A stretch of DNA of 63,614 nucleotides, the filler included, from Collodictyon triciliatum (Eukaryota), in assembly GCA_043381765.1 (NCBI GenBank). It is 44 parts of 44 records of this genome, joined end to end, with 100 filler letters (N's around TTAATTAATTAA, not from the genome) between each part and the next. Parts side by side here need not be neighbours in the genome. Positions count along the whole stretch, not along the records: positions 1 to 1,354 come from JBHJMP010011327.1; positions 1,455 to 2,807 come from JBHJMP010011328.1; positions 2,908 to 4,260 come from JBHJMP010011329.1; positions 4,361 to 5,713 come from JBHJMP010011330.1; positions 5,814 to 7,166 come from JBHJMP010011331.1; positions 7,267 to 8,619 come from JBHJMP010011332.1; positions 8,720 to 10,072 come from JBHJMP010011333.1; positions 10,173 to 11,524 come from JBHJMP010011334.1; 36 more parts are not named here. One strand, written 5' to 3'. Below, piece by piece: positions 1-10,309 of this stretch. Both the position numbers and the translations under genes were made by a program. How positions within the stretch are numbered: position 1 is the first letter of the stretch; each line of letters starts with the position of its first letter. The notes under the pieces are model-generated. The model saw nothing but the letters and a program-made list of their open reading frames with translations, searched no databases and had not been told where the DNA came from.

Positions 1-1
1 A

Positions 2-556
2 AACAGCGAAACGGAAAACAAGCTGCATGGTAAATGAAGAATCCAAGTAAATCTCCAATATGTTGGAAAGAGAGAAGACTACAAGAATATAAAATACAGC
101 GAACCCTTTCAGCAAAGCAGATACCGAGCCGTCTTTTGTTGCAGTGTAATATCGTTCCTCCTTATTGCTCATTTCCTCAGGTTTTTTTGATTTAGAAACC
201 ATATATAGGCCGATAGCAATCCAAAGGAATTGATTGATGACAAAGATGTTGCTGAGTATGGTATTTGAAGCCAGCCAGAAATTGAGGACATTTTCCAATA
301 AATACCCAGGTAAAAGGGCATACAATATTGCATTTTTTGAGAGGTGGAAGCTGAAAATCTCAACAAATGCAAAAGCAAAGGATGACCAAACTGCAGACGC
401 ACTCAAAAAAACTCTTCCACTTTTGTAGATGATAACCTCGACCATCCCAAGCAAACTCGGAGACAGTACAATGGCAGGTATGAAGTAAATCCAAAGACAA
501 AATAGATTTGCTGAGAAGACGGGCAATATCTCATATACAGCCTTAAACCATAACAT
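2..556 (-). CDS. Multi-pass membrane protein fragment, open to the window edge; possibly continues the hydrophilic ORF 568-831 across a frameshift
   Basis: Manual translation gives a stop-free frame MLWFKAVYEILPVFSANLFCLWIYFIPAIVLSPSLLGMVEVII...FLWIAIGLYMV...FAVFYILVVFSLSNIL...FRFAV with several hydrophobic segments. It is absent from the ORF track because it has no stop. Confidence 0.6.
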   Translation of the reverse strand, partial: MLWFKAVYEILPVFSANLFCLWIYFIPAIVLSPSLLGMVEVIIYKSGRVFLSASAVWSSFAFAFVEIFSFHLSKNAILYALLPGYLLENVLNFWLASNTILSNIFVINQFLWIAIGLYMVSKSKKPEEMSNKEERYYTATKDGSVSALLKGFAVFYILVVFSLSNILEIYLDSSFTMQLVFRFAV

Positions 557-1354
557 GAATGTCAGCCTCACGGAACTGATGCACGATTTTTGATTAAAGC
601 TCCATCATTTCCTTCCTGCTCACTCTTTCTGTTTGCATTTATTGTTCCCGGTTGATTATTCTGTGGATTACTTCCAACTGGTCCGTCTGCATTCTGAAAT
701 CTTGTTGTATTTTTACAGCTTTCTGGTCGTGTGACTATTTTTCCTGTCTGCTCATCACTCTTGTGCGGCTCTGGTTGCCTTTGTGTTTTGATCTGGTCTG
801 GTGTCTTCTCTTCGATGTCCTCAAATTTCATGCCTTTTTTGTTTTGCGTTTGTTAACACNNNNNNNNNNNNNNNNNNNNNNNNNNNNNNNNNNNNTGTTT
901 TTTTTTTTCATTTTTAAGCTTCTCTTTTTCCTGTAATTACAAGATTTCTGACTCTTGTTCAGACCAAAAAACGTTTTCGAACAATAATGGCATGTTCAAA
1001 TCAGATTATAAACACAATAATGATGATAAATGGATTCACTGATGTAATTTGATGCATCAAAACATGTGTCATCTGCACTTTATTCCTTGTTCTGCATGCA
1101 TAAACACCAGACAAATCATAATATCTCTCACACAGTCACAGTGGGCAAACCATACACCTGCATTACGGGGCTCTTTGCAGCATCGGTCATGCGCCTCCAA
1201 ATCCGCCTCAGCATCCCAACCACACTCTCCATATTCCAATCACACATCGCCTCTTCGAAGCATGCTCGGGTGAGGTCTGCGTATTAGGCATCGCGGTCGT
1301 GGGAAGCGAGAGCCAAGTTTTTGCAGAAGCGGATTAGCCGGACAACCTGGAGTG

Positions 1355-1454
1355 NNNNNNNNNNNNNNNNNNNNNNNNNNNNNNNNNNNNNNNNNNNNTT
1401 AATTAATTAANNNNNNNNNNNNNNNNNNNNNNNNNNNNNNNNNNNNNNNNNNNN
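1355..1454. other. Artificial contig linker (first of 43): N44-TTAATTAATTAA-N44
   Basis: The same 100-nt spacer, with stops in all six frames, recurs about every 1.45 kb. The intervening contigs shrink from 1354 to 1343 nt. Confidence 0.98.
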
Positions 1455-1900
1455 AATATCAAACATGTGACGAATTTTCTGTGATACAAATTTAAAATTT
1501 TTCGTGCTTTTCACTTATGAAAAGAATTAAAAGGTAAAATTAGACAAGAATCATGCTTTTTTAGTATCATAATCTTGGTCAATCTGGCCCAAATATTGCA
1601 CTATTCTTTGTAATGCCTTCAAAGTTTTGATTATGAGTTTCTTTTATTATTATAAAAAAATTGATTAATGGAACTTGAAACCTTGAGATAAATAAATTTC
1701 CTTTCGATACTATGAATTGGCTTGGTCAACTTATTGTATGATTTGTTTATCACCAAAAAATGAGAGCTCCAGAGTTCTTTGTATGATGAAATGGTATGAC
1801 ATATGGGCCCTTTCTGAAAGTTCATGCAGTGCTATGATAAATGGTTTATTTTTTGAGTTCATCCTGAGAAATAATCAAAATTTAAATAGTTGAAAATTTT

Positions 1901-2026
1901 GTCCTGGTCTCTCTCATGCAAGCACAAGACCCAGACTACAGGCCAAACCGCAGGATGCAATTCCTGTTTACCGATTACTTCTATGCCACCCGGCCACCAA
2001 GTAGCGTCCATGAAAACGATGGCTAG
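1901..2026 (+). pseudogene. Fragment of a dispersed, unidentified degenerate family (QAQDxxYRPNRRM motif), copy 1
   Basis: LMQAQDPDYRPNRRMQFLFTDYFYATR aligns at DNA and protein level with minus-strand segments near 27725-27830 and 51405-51530. Confidence 0.5.
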
Positions 2027-2907
2027 CGAACCAAAGCCAAAATCTCCACCATCCTTCAAAAAATGGGATGGAAGAATAAAAAAAAATAGTCGAAAATTTT
2101 GTATTAATCATATAGATATTTTTCGTTTCAATGAAATACCCTTTAATATCGTTGAAATTAACTCATGATTTATTTTATCCAACTTGACTATTTTTAATTC
2201 ATACATTATTCAATATCGTATATGCCCTATGAAAAGTAAAGGTAAAAATTAACTAGGATAGCAAAGAATCAAAATTTACCGTTTATTTGGAATCATAAAA
2301 AAACATTTAGAGAAATTCCCAAATATGTGTCATAGCTGAATCTGATTGATTAAAGTATTATTTTGAGATTCAAAGAGTCAAGTTGAACGGATGAATATCT
2401 TCGGACAATTAGAATGGATCATTCATTACTTATATTTCCAAAATTTTTAGTAATACTGTAGTTGCTGATTCAAAAAATAAAGGAACATTTCTTCAGAGTC
2501 TGCAAAAAATAATTTACAATATTCTTGCCGGTTCCGCCAATGCCTATGCTGAAGAAGTTATGCTGGTTTGCCGGTTGTTGTATGTTATCTGTTGAATACT
2601 AGACATACATAAGTCAAGGGTATTGAATTTGGAGTCGAATAGAATGAACGAATATAAGGAATCTGATAGTAAAGGAGGACAGGATAGTCGCGTGCGCTTT
2701 CGCCCCAGGGATTATTTGGCCTCCGATCAAATTGAAGTCAGAGTCCTTGGTAGTCGCACCTCTTATAGGTTGCAACTATTCTCGACCCTATCAACTGCAT
2801 ATTGATGNNNNNNNNNNNNNNNNNNNNNNNNNNNNNNNNNNNNNNNNNNNNTTAATTAATTAANNNNNNNNNNNNNNNNNNNNNNNNNNNNNNNNNNNNN
2901 NNNNNNN

Positions 2908-4138
2908 ACCGTCCCCTGGTTTCGGAACCATGCGTAGCCGGCAGTGGACTTTGCTTAACCGGAGTATGGATACGCGTTTGTGGTTTTAGAAACATACGCT
3001 CCTGCTCACTCAGACTGTCTTTGGTGTGTGAAGTTCCAAGCTTGGATTCGACTTGTGCTGTTTGCTCTTTCTCCTTGGTTCTCGGCGCGACGGGCTGGGG
3101 CAGGATAAACGGACTATCTTTGGTGGGTGCTTGTTCTTGTGTTGCCTTCGCTTTGGAGTATCCTTTCGGATAAGTAACGAAGACTGCCTTGATGCTTCCA
3201 ATGTTAACCATATTCACGTCAGTCTGAATGGGTAGTTTAAGGGGGATTTCTTTCGGGGTTTGGAGATGCGCGGCTCTTGGGTCTTGCGATGTGCGGGCTT
3301 GTCCGGTGTTGGCGATGATGGCTCGAGTGCGAGATTCTGAAGAGGAACCGAGATTTCCTCCCATTTCACCGTCGCTGTCGCTGAGTGCGCGTATCTGCTG
3401 TGAGTGTTGTGGAGTCTGTTGTTGCCTGGCCTTGGCTTCCTTGGCCCCGTTGCTGCTTGTCTGCTTGGCATGTGTATTCTTTTGCGGGGCTTTTACTTGT
3501 CGTTCGTTGTTCGCGGCTGGCGGACGCTCTTTGAGGATGCAATTTGGACACTTTTTACCCATGACCGTGAACTTTGCAGGGAGCTGGTTCTTATGACAAA
3601 GAAGCTTCACCACGGCCGTGTCTGTCAATAAGCCTTTGTCCTTTTTATCTCTACGTGGGTCGGTCTGAACGGCTTCAGCTCCTCACGAAGGAGTTGCGGC
3701 CACACATCCAGCGGTAGTTGGTAGAGCAACACCGAGGTCTCTGTTGGTTTACTTCTGCTGGAGCTGTTCATGATATCGCTCAAACTTACCTGCTTCAGCT
3801 CCAGAAGCTTTCGGGTGTTTTCTGAAGTGCGGAAGGAAATCAGGCAAAGGCCTTCGCTGTCCGGTAAGCGCAATTGGACGGACTCTTCCCAAAGTTTGTT
3901 CGCTTTCAAGAAGGCGGTGAGCGCATCTGTGAGTCTGCGTGCCTTGTTCATGTTATAAACGACTTGCTCGACCCGTGCAAAAATACAGTCCGCTCAGACA
4001 GACTTGCAGGCGGCTTCCTTGCATGAGTCTTCCTAGACTTACGTGCCACTCGGGGTTTTTCCGCACCACTGTTGGAACCAGAAGAACTGACTGCAACTTG
4101 TAAAGCCTCCAACAAAAGTGTTTTCCATCAGGCGCGGG
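2908..4138 (-). mobile_element. Non-LTR retrotransposon ORF1 (RRM-like), degenerate; family A copy 1
   Basis: Frameshifted frames give ...QVAVSSSG...TVFLHG...VLLYQLPLDVWPQLLREELKPF...DTAVVKLL followed by a disordered Q/T/P/K-rich tail. Closely similar copies lie at 36847-37610 and 55055-55890. Confidence 0.7.
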
Positions 4139-4162
4139 AGGCTTTATGAAAATTAGGCGCGG

Positions 4163-4260
4163 ATACACACATACACACATACATACATACATACATACAT
4201 ACATACATACATACATACATACATACATACATACATACATACATACATACATACATACAT
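4163..4260. repeat. (ACAT)n microsatellite
   Basis: Direct reading. Confidence 0.95.
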
Positions 4261-4360
4261 NNNNNNNNNNNNNNNNNNNNNNNNNNNNNNNNNNNNNNNN
4301 NNNNTTAATTAATTAANNNNNNNNNNNNNNNNNNNNNNNNNNNNNNNNNNNNNNNNNNNN

Positions 4361-4458
<98 letters not shown>

Positions 4459-5270
4459 GTAGTTTTGTTACGATAATTTTCATTTTAGCTCTTTTTCTCT
4501 CCCTCTCCCTCCCCCCGTCTTTTATTCTCTCTCTCTCCCTCCCTCCGTCTTTTATTCTCTCTCTCTCTCTCTCTCTTTTCTCTCTCTCTCTCTCTCTTTT
4601 CTCTCTCTCTCTCTCTTTTCTCTCTATTTCTTTTCTCTTTCTTTCTTTTCTCTCTCTCTTTTCTTTTCTTTCTTTTCTCTCTCTCTTTTCTTTTCTTTCT
4701 TTTCTCTCTCTCTTTTCTCTCTCTTTCTTTTCTCTCTCTCTTTTCTCTCTCTCTCTTTTCTTTTCTTTCTTTTCTCTCTCTCTTTTCTTTTCTTTCTTTT
4801 CTTTCTTTTCTTTCTTTTCTCTCTCTCTCTTTTATTCTCTCTCTCTTATTCTCTCTCTTTTATTCTCTCTCTTTTATTCTCTCTCTTTTATTCTCTCTCT
4901 CTTATTCTCTCTCTCTTTTATTCTCTCTCTCTTTATTCTCTCTCTCTCTCTTTTATTCTCTCTCTCTTTTTTTCTCTCTCTCTCTCTCTTTTTCTCTCTT
5001 TTTTTTCTCTCTTTTTTTTTCTCTCATTTTTTCTCTCATTTTTTCTCTCTCTCTCTTTTATTCTCTCTCTCTCTTTTATTCTCTCTCTCTCTTTTCTTTT
5101 CTCTCTTATTTATTCTCTCTCTTTTATTCTCTCTCTCTCTCTCTTTTCTTTTCTCTCTTATTTATTCTCTCTCTCTTTTCTTTTCTCTCTTATTTATTCT
5201 CTCTCTCTTTTCTTTTCTCTCTCTCTTTTCTTTTCTCTCTCTCTTTTCTTTTCTCTCTCTCTTTTTCTTT
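4361..5270. repeat. (TAG)n followed by about 780 nt of CT-rich low-complexity DNA
   Basis: Direct reading. Confidence 0.95.
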
Positions 5271-5813
5271 TAACTTGTTTGTTTTACTTTTTGGTTTTTG
5301 AAAATTATAACTCGCAATTACAAAGTTTTACTGTGGAGTAATCCTATTCTGGGAATAACATATTTTTTTTTTTTGAGTAGCACACTGATTGAAGCCAGAG
5401 CAAAACATGTCGTAAATATGCGCGAATGTATTCTGCACAAGTTTCCCATCGTCCTTATCTGCGAGCAATGCTGACCCATAGCCGATATCTATACAATAAA
5501 TTTGGACTTTCCGTTACGAGATGTAAAACGTGAGTTTAATGTGCCAAAATTTTTTACGCTTGGGTGGTACAAAAGAATGTCCACTTACTATTTTAAGCTT
5601 TATAATACCGTACAAAACATTCAGAGAGTACAAAGCATACGAAGCATACACAAAGCACACTAAGCATACACAAAGCATCTCACCCGAAAAAAATAAGAAT
5701 GCGGGTTGTAAAANNNNNNNNNNNNNNNNNNNNNNNNNNNNNNNNNNNNNNNNNNNNTTAATTAATTAANNNNNNNNNNNNNNNNNNNNNNNNNNNNNNN
5801 NNNNNNNNNNNNN

Positions 5814-7166
5814 ACCTAGGTGTACTAACCCGTCTTCTTGTTAGAGAACTTGGGCGAGAACTAGGTTGAGACCTCACTATCATTTGTGAAGGCGTATCGG
5901 GTATATCATCTTCAGGGTCGTTAGTTGGAATTGCTGGGAAAGCAGCAGTATAATAAAACTGGGCTGTATCAGCAATTTGATCTCGTTGAGCTTTTAATTG
6001 TGCCGCAACATTTTGTAGACTTTCAATTGTTTGCGCTTGTTCTATGACAATAGGATTTTCTAAATTTAATAAAGCATTTAAATTATCAATCTGGGTTTTT
6101 AATTCTTGTATTTCAAACTGTTGTGTGTCAGGTGCCTGTAATAACAACTGCAAATTGTAAATCTGGTTCTCCAATTCCTCAATTCTCCGTATTTTTATTT
6201 CTTCAAATACTAATCTTCTTTTATTTACAGAATTTTGATGAAATTTATATAAATTTTCTTTTCGTCTTTCTAATTCTTGAGTGTTTAAACTGCTTCGTCT
6301 TGATGTAGGTGTACCTGCGGGTGGTTTTGGTGTTCTCGGTGTTCTTGTCGTCTGTGACAATTGAGATAATTAAATGGATGTTGTATTAAATCCTACTGAA
6401 AAATTAGCAGGATTAATTTTATTTAATGCATTGCGTTGGTCTTCTAATCTTGCCTGCTCATTAGCCATTTGCACACCAAGTTCTTCAAGCTTTTTTTTAT
6501 ACAATTCCTTGTCTTGTAACAGTCCAGTTGCCAAGTCAGAAGCAATATTAATAGTATTTTGTAGCTCAGAAATATACTCATTTTGTTCACCCAATGCAAT
6601 ATTTAAAGTATCGATTTGGTCATATGCATTATCTAATTTATTTTGGACCAACTCTAGATGTTCGGCTAATTTTTTTAATAATTCATCTGCTTCTTGATTA
6701 GTAGGTGTAATATCTATTTCGGTAATTACATCTTGGGTTGTTAAATTTGTTTGTACATTGGTTAGTTTGTCTTTTTCGTTTTGTTCCCTAATTCTGTTTA
6801 TTTTCTCGCTCATTTGTGTAAGTTTTTCAGTTATATTTCCGATACTTACCGTTCCGCTGGTGTCAGGTATAGACGAACTGTTTGGTGTATTATCAAAAGG
6901 CGATGTAAATAATTGTCTTTTAGGAGTTGACGCTGGAGGCAACATATCGCCTGTTGATTTAGTACCGAATCCAGTGCGTTGTGTGTATGTTGGTGTTCCT
7001 TGAATACTCTGAGCTTGAGTAAAACTCTGATTGGCTAAAAATGATATTCCACTTATATTGGATTCGTTTAATACAGGATTACTAATAGTAGATTCATTAG
7101 CCATATTTTCGGTCTGGGCTTGTGTAAATGAAATACCTGATTGATTCAGTTGTTGTAAACTCTGTT
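5814..7166 (-). pseudogene. Intronless coiled-coil/low-complexity frame spanning the whole contig, interrupted by one in-frame TAA (6370-6372)
   Basis: ORFs 6370-7104 and 5758-6360 are in the same frame (NTTSI*LSQLSQTT). The frame also stays open upstream to 7164. Heptad-like Q/E/L-rich segments are present. Confidence 0.55.
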
Positions 7167-7411
7167 NNNNNNNNNNNNNNNNNNNNNNNNNNNNNNNNNN
7201 NNNNNNNNNNTTAATTAATTAANNNNNNNNNNNNNNNNNNNNNNNNNNNNNNNNNNNNNNNNNNNNTATATATATATTTTGTGGATGTACCTTCCCTTTT
7301 TTTCTTCTTCTTTTTTTTTTTAAGTAAACCTTAAGAAATAACAACATCGTTTTGTCAAGGACAGAAATGAATTTTTCATAAAAATGTTCATTCTTGCCTT
7401 TTTTTTTGCAG

Positions 7412-8595
7412 ACCTTTGGAAACTCCTCATGTCCAATATAAGCTCAAAATTTCTTTATATGACAAAGACGATTTCACAAAAAACGACTTCCTTGCATCAG
7501 AATATTTTGCTGTTGAGGTGCCAATTCATATCTCTGAACATAATGATTGTTGAGTGATATCAAGCCTTACATTATCTATATCTTTCCCCTGGGAGATGCA
7601 TATTATCAAATTTCATAACAATCATTCCAATTTTTTTGAACCTCCCCCATCCNNNNNNNNNNGTTTTTTTTGTTCTCCCCCCCCCCCCCCCCAAAGTACA
7701 TCTCACACAGTTTCTCCCTTAAACTAGGGATTAATCCAACAATCTGAATTCCACTCTTGGGTCGAGATGAAAACACAGGAAGAATTGGTATTTTGAATTT
7801 ATTATAGCAACCAAATGGGGTTCGCTTCTTTATTCAATTCAAGGAAATCAGCCATATGGGTTTCAACACGAACACCCTATGGGACTTAACTGATTATTAT
7901 CGAATTGTTCGGAAGTGCTGACCCGCTGGCCAGAATTTTTTCTCTATAAAAACAACTAATTTCATTATCGGCAGTTGATAGGCAAAGTAGAACTGAAAGT
8001 CCAGTACCTATCGAAGCAGGGTTTGTCGCATATTTTTACTGGATTTATTTTCCTTTGCATCATTATTTCTGTTTTGATAAATGTGTTTAACTTGCAGAAT
8101 ATTTGTGAATTTATTATCATACAGAGGTTATAAAGAGGTTTTGGATGTCCCTAGCGTCCATATTTGATGCTGACAGAAGTAACTATCTCGACAGGTTTGT
8201 CTTGTTTTACTATAGTACAAACGTATTTTTTTCAATTTTTTCAATATTTATCTGCAACATAAAAGCAAATCGCACTACCCCTCCATGCAAAAAAATACAT
8301 ACACATAAATAATCAATGAAAAAGAGACATAATTTATTTTCAAATGAAATGATGATCAATATTCTCACTCACAGAGCCGAACTAGCATCGCTTCTTGAGT
8401 CCATGGGAAATGTGATGACAGATAGCGAAATCGATGAAATGGTAAACTGATGCTGGCGTCGTATCATTCTACAAGCAGCATCCATATATTAAAACAACGA
8501 CCATTTCTCAATATAGTTTCTAAGAACGGATAGCGACGGCGACGGGAAAATACAGTTCCAAGAGTTTGTCGACCAAATGTCTACCCAAGCCGAGA
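7412..8595 (+). CDS. C2 + EF-hand protein, phosphatidylserine decarboxylase 2 (Psd2)-like N-terminal part; six exons, partial
   Basis: Spliced GT-AG exons give KISLYDKDDFTKNDFL (C2), RFWMSLASIFDADRSNYLDRAELASLLESMG and TDSDGDGKIQFQEF (EF-hands). This matches the fungal/plant Psd2 architecture; the catalytic domain is not in view. Confidence 0.7.
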
Positions 8596-9001
8596 GTATA
8601 TTTGCAATATCATATAAATNNNNNNNNNNNNNNNNNNNNNNNNNNNNNNNNNNNNNNNNNNNNTTAATTAATTAANNNNNNNNNNNNNNNNNNNNNNNNN
8701 NNNNNNNNNNNNNNNNNNNCCAAGGAAGCACAAGCACACAAGTTCTGCACAAGTCGTCTTCTCGGAAAAATCCGCCGGCCTTTGCGGGATATTTAACCTC
8801 GTCTTGTCGAAATCCTTGCTTTTCTTTTTTATTCATTCACAAAGTACTTTCTGATCTCCTTGTGCACAACCCCACCGTCCTGACTCGAGTGATTCTGTCA
8901 TGTGTGATTATGAAGTCCACTCATAAAACAAATAAATGATGTGTATTGTATTGACACCTAGCCAGTCTACCCATATATACAGACAGCCAGAATCTGTCCA
9001 G

Positions 9002-10072
9002 ATGTCCGACTATCTCACACCTGCCCAATTGGATGCGCTTTTGGAAGAAGTCCGGAGACTCTCTGGGAAACCTGATATTGCCACTCTAAAAAGATCCACA
9101 TATCTGGATCTCAGTGGCAAGAATCTGTCATCTGTGCCGCCTGGTGTTTTTTTGTTGACTGGTCTCACAGCATTGGGTCTTGGTGGCAATAAGCTGTCAT
9201 CGCTTCCTGCACAAATATCGTGTTTGACTGGTCTCACAGAACTTTGGGTTTTTAACAATCCGGTATGTTTTTATTCATATATTATATTACTATTTATGTT
9301 TAAAAGAAAATGACTGACAACGATACACGCCAGATGGAGGAGCTTCCAGCACAGATCACAGCCCTCACAAATCTGAAAAATCTCTACATAAACGGAAGCC
9401 CACAAACCATAAAGAGAGCCCCGCGTGGCATCTCAAATCTCCCCTGCTGGAACAACACAGGATACATGGACTACCAACACATCCGCGCTCTGCAGCTCTA
9501 CGACCCCGTAAGCACACATCCAACCCCAACCCCCACATACACAACACAGGACACAACTAGCATAACTCTAGGTCGATACCGCAGCAGAAGCTAGAAGCTA
9601 ACAGACTTACCTGATACCCACAAATCCTCCACTTACACAGGTTGCAGCCAGTCCCAACATCCAGTCCGGCATCTACGCCGCCCCAACCAGCCGCCTAGCC
9701 CGCGGCAAATACGCAGATCTCCTGACAACAGACTTCGAGAAGAAAGAAAACGTCCTGGGTAAGGGCGGCTTCGGGATGGTCTTCAAGGTGCAGCTGAACG
9801 CAGGCCTCTTCGCCGTGAAGCTTGTTGGGAACGCGTCTCTGCTCACCGCCGCCGACGGTTCGGGCCCGGAGAAGGAAGGCAACATGATGCTCGAGCTGCA
9901 GCACCCAAACATCCTGACGCTCTACGACTTTGGCTTCCGCGGCAGAGACCTCCTCCTCGTGATGGAGTTTGCGGACGGCGGAGAGCTCTGCTCACTGGTC
10001 AAGAAGCAAGGGGCACTCAGCCTCGACCTGACCCTCAAGTACGGGCTGCACATCATCCAGGGCCTCGTCTAC
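9002..10072 (+). CDS. Cytosolic LRR-protein kinase (4 LRRs + TKL/IRAK-Pelle-like kinase); exons 9002-9262, 9334-9507, 9641->10072
   Basis: Two phase-0 GT-AG introns join the 23-aa LRRs (LSSLPAQISCLTGL) in frame to a kinase N-lobe: GKGGFGMV, AVK, the alphaC Glu, HPNILTL and VMEFADGG. There is no signal peptide or TM helix. Confidence 0.88.
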
Positions 10073-10172
10073 NNNNNNNNNNNNNNNNNNNNNNNNNNNN
10101 NNNNNNNNNNNNNNNNTTAATTAATTAANNNNNNNNNNNNNNNNNNNNNNNNNNNNNNNNNNNNNNNNNNNN

Positions 10173-10305
10173 CTATAAAAAACTATAAAAAACTATAAAA
10201 AACTATAAAAAACTATAAAAAACTATAAAAAACTATAAAAAACTATAAAAAACTATAAAAAACTATAAAAATTATAAAAAACTGTAAAAAAAAAACTATA
10301 AAAAA
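10173..10305. repeat. (CTATAAAAAA)n 10-mer tandem repeat, probably intronic
   Basis: Direct reading. It follows a GT donor of the minus-strand BTB gene. Confidence 0.9.
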
Positions 10306-10309
10306 CTAC

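Noticed and set aside
1125-1354. Minus-strand frame resembling a Tc1/IS630 transposase C-terminus
   Set aside because: It is short, contains a stop, and shows no DDE residues or terminal inverted repeat.
1399-1410. Regularly spaced TTAATTAATTAA as a biological repeat or CRISPR-like array
   Set aside because: It is always embedded in N44 padding, so it is an artificial six-frame-stop linker. The ORF-track endings in XXX-LIN are artefacts of it.
6370-6372. TAA/TAG reassignment to Gln (ciliate-type code)
   Set aside because: Conserved C-termini end at TAG (PKA, FKDF*) and TAA (HECT, DIDTD*), and long Gln-rich frames use CAA/CAG almost exclusively.
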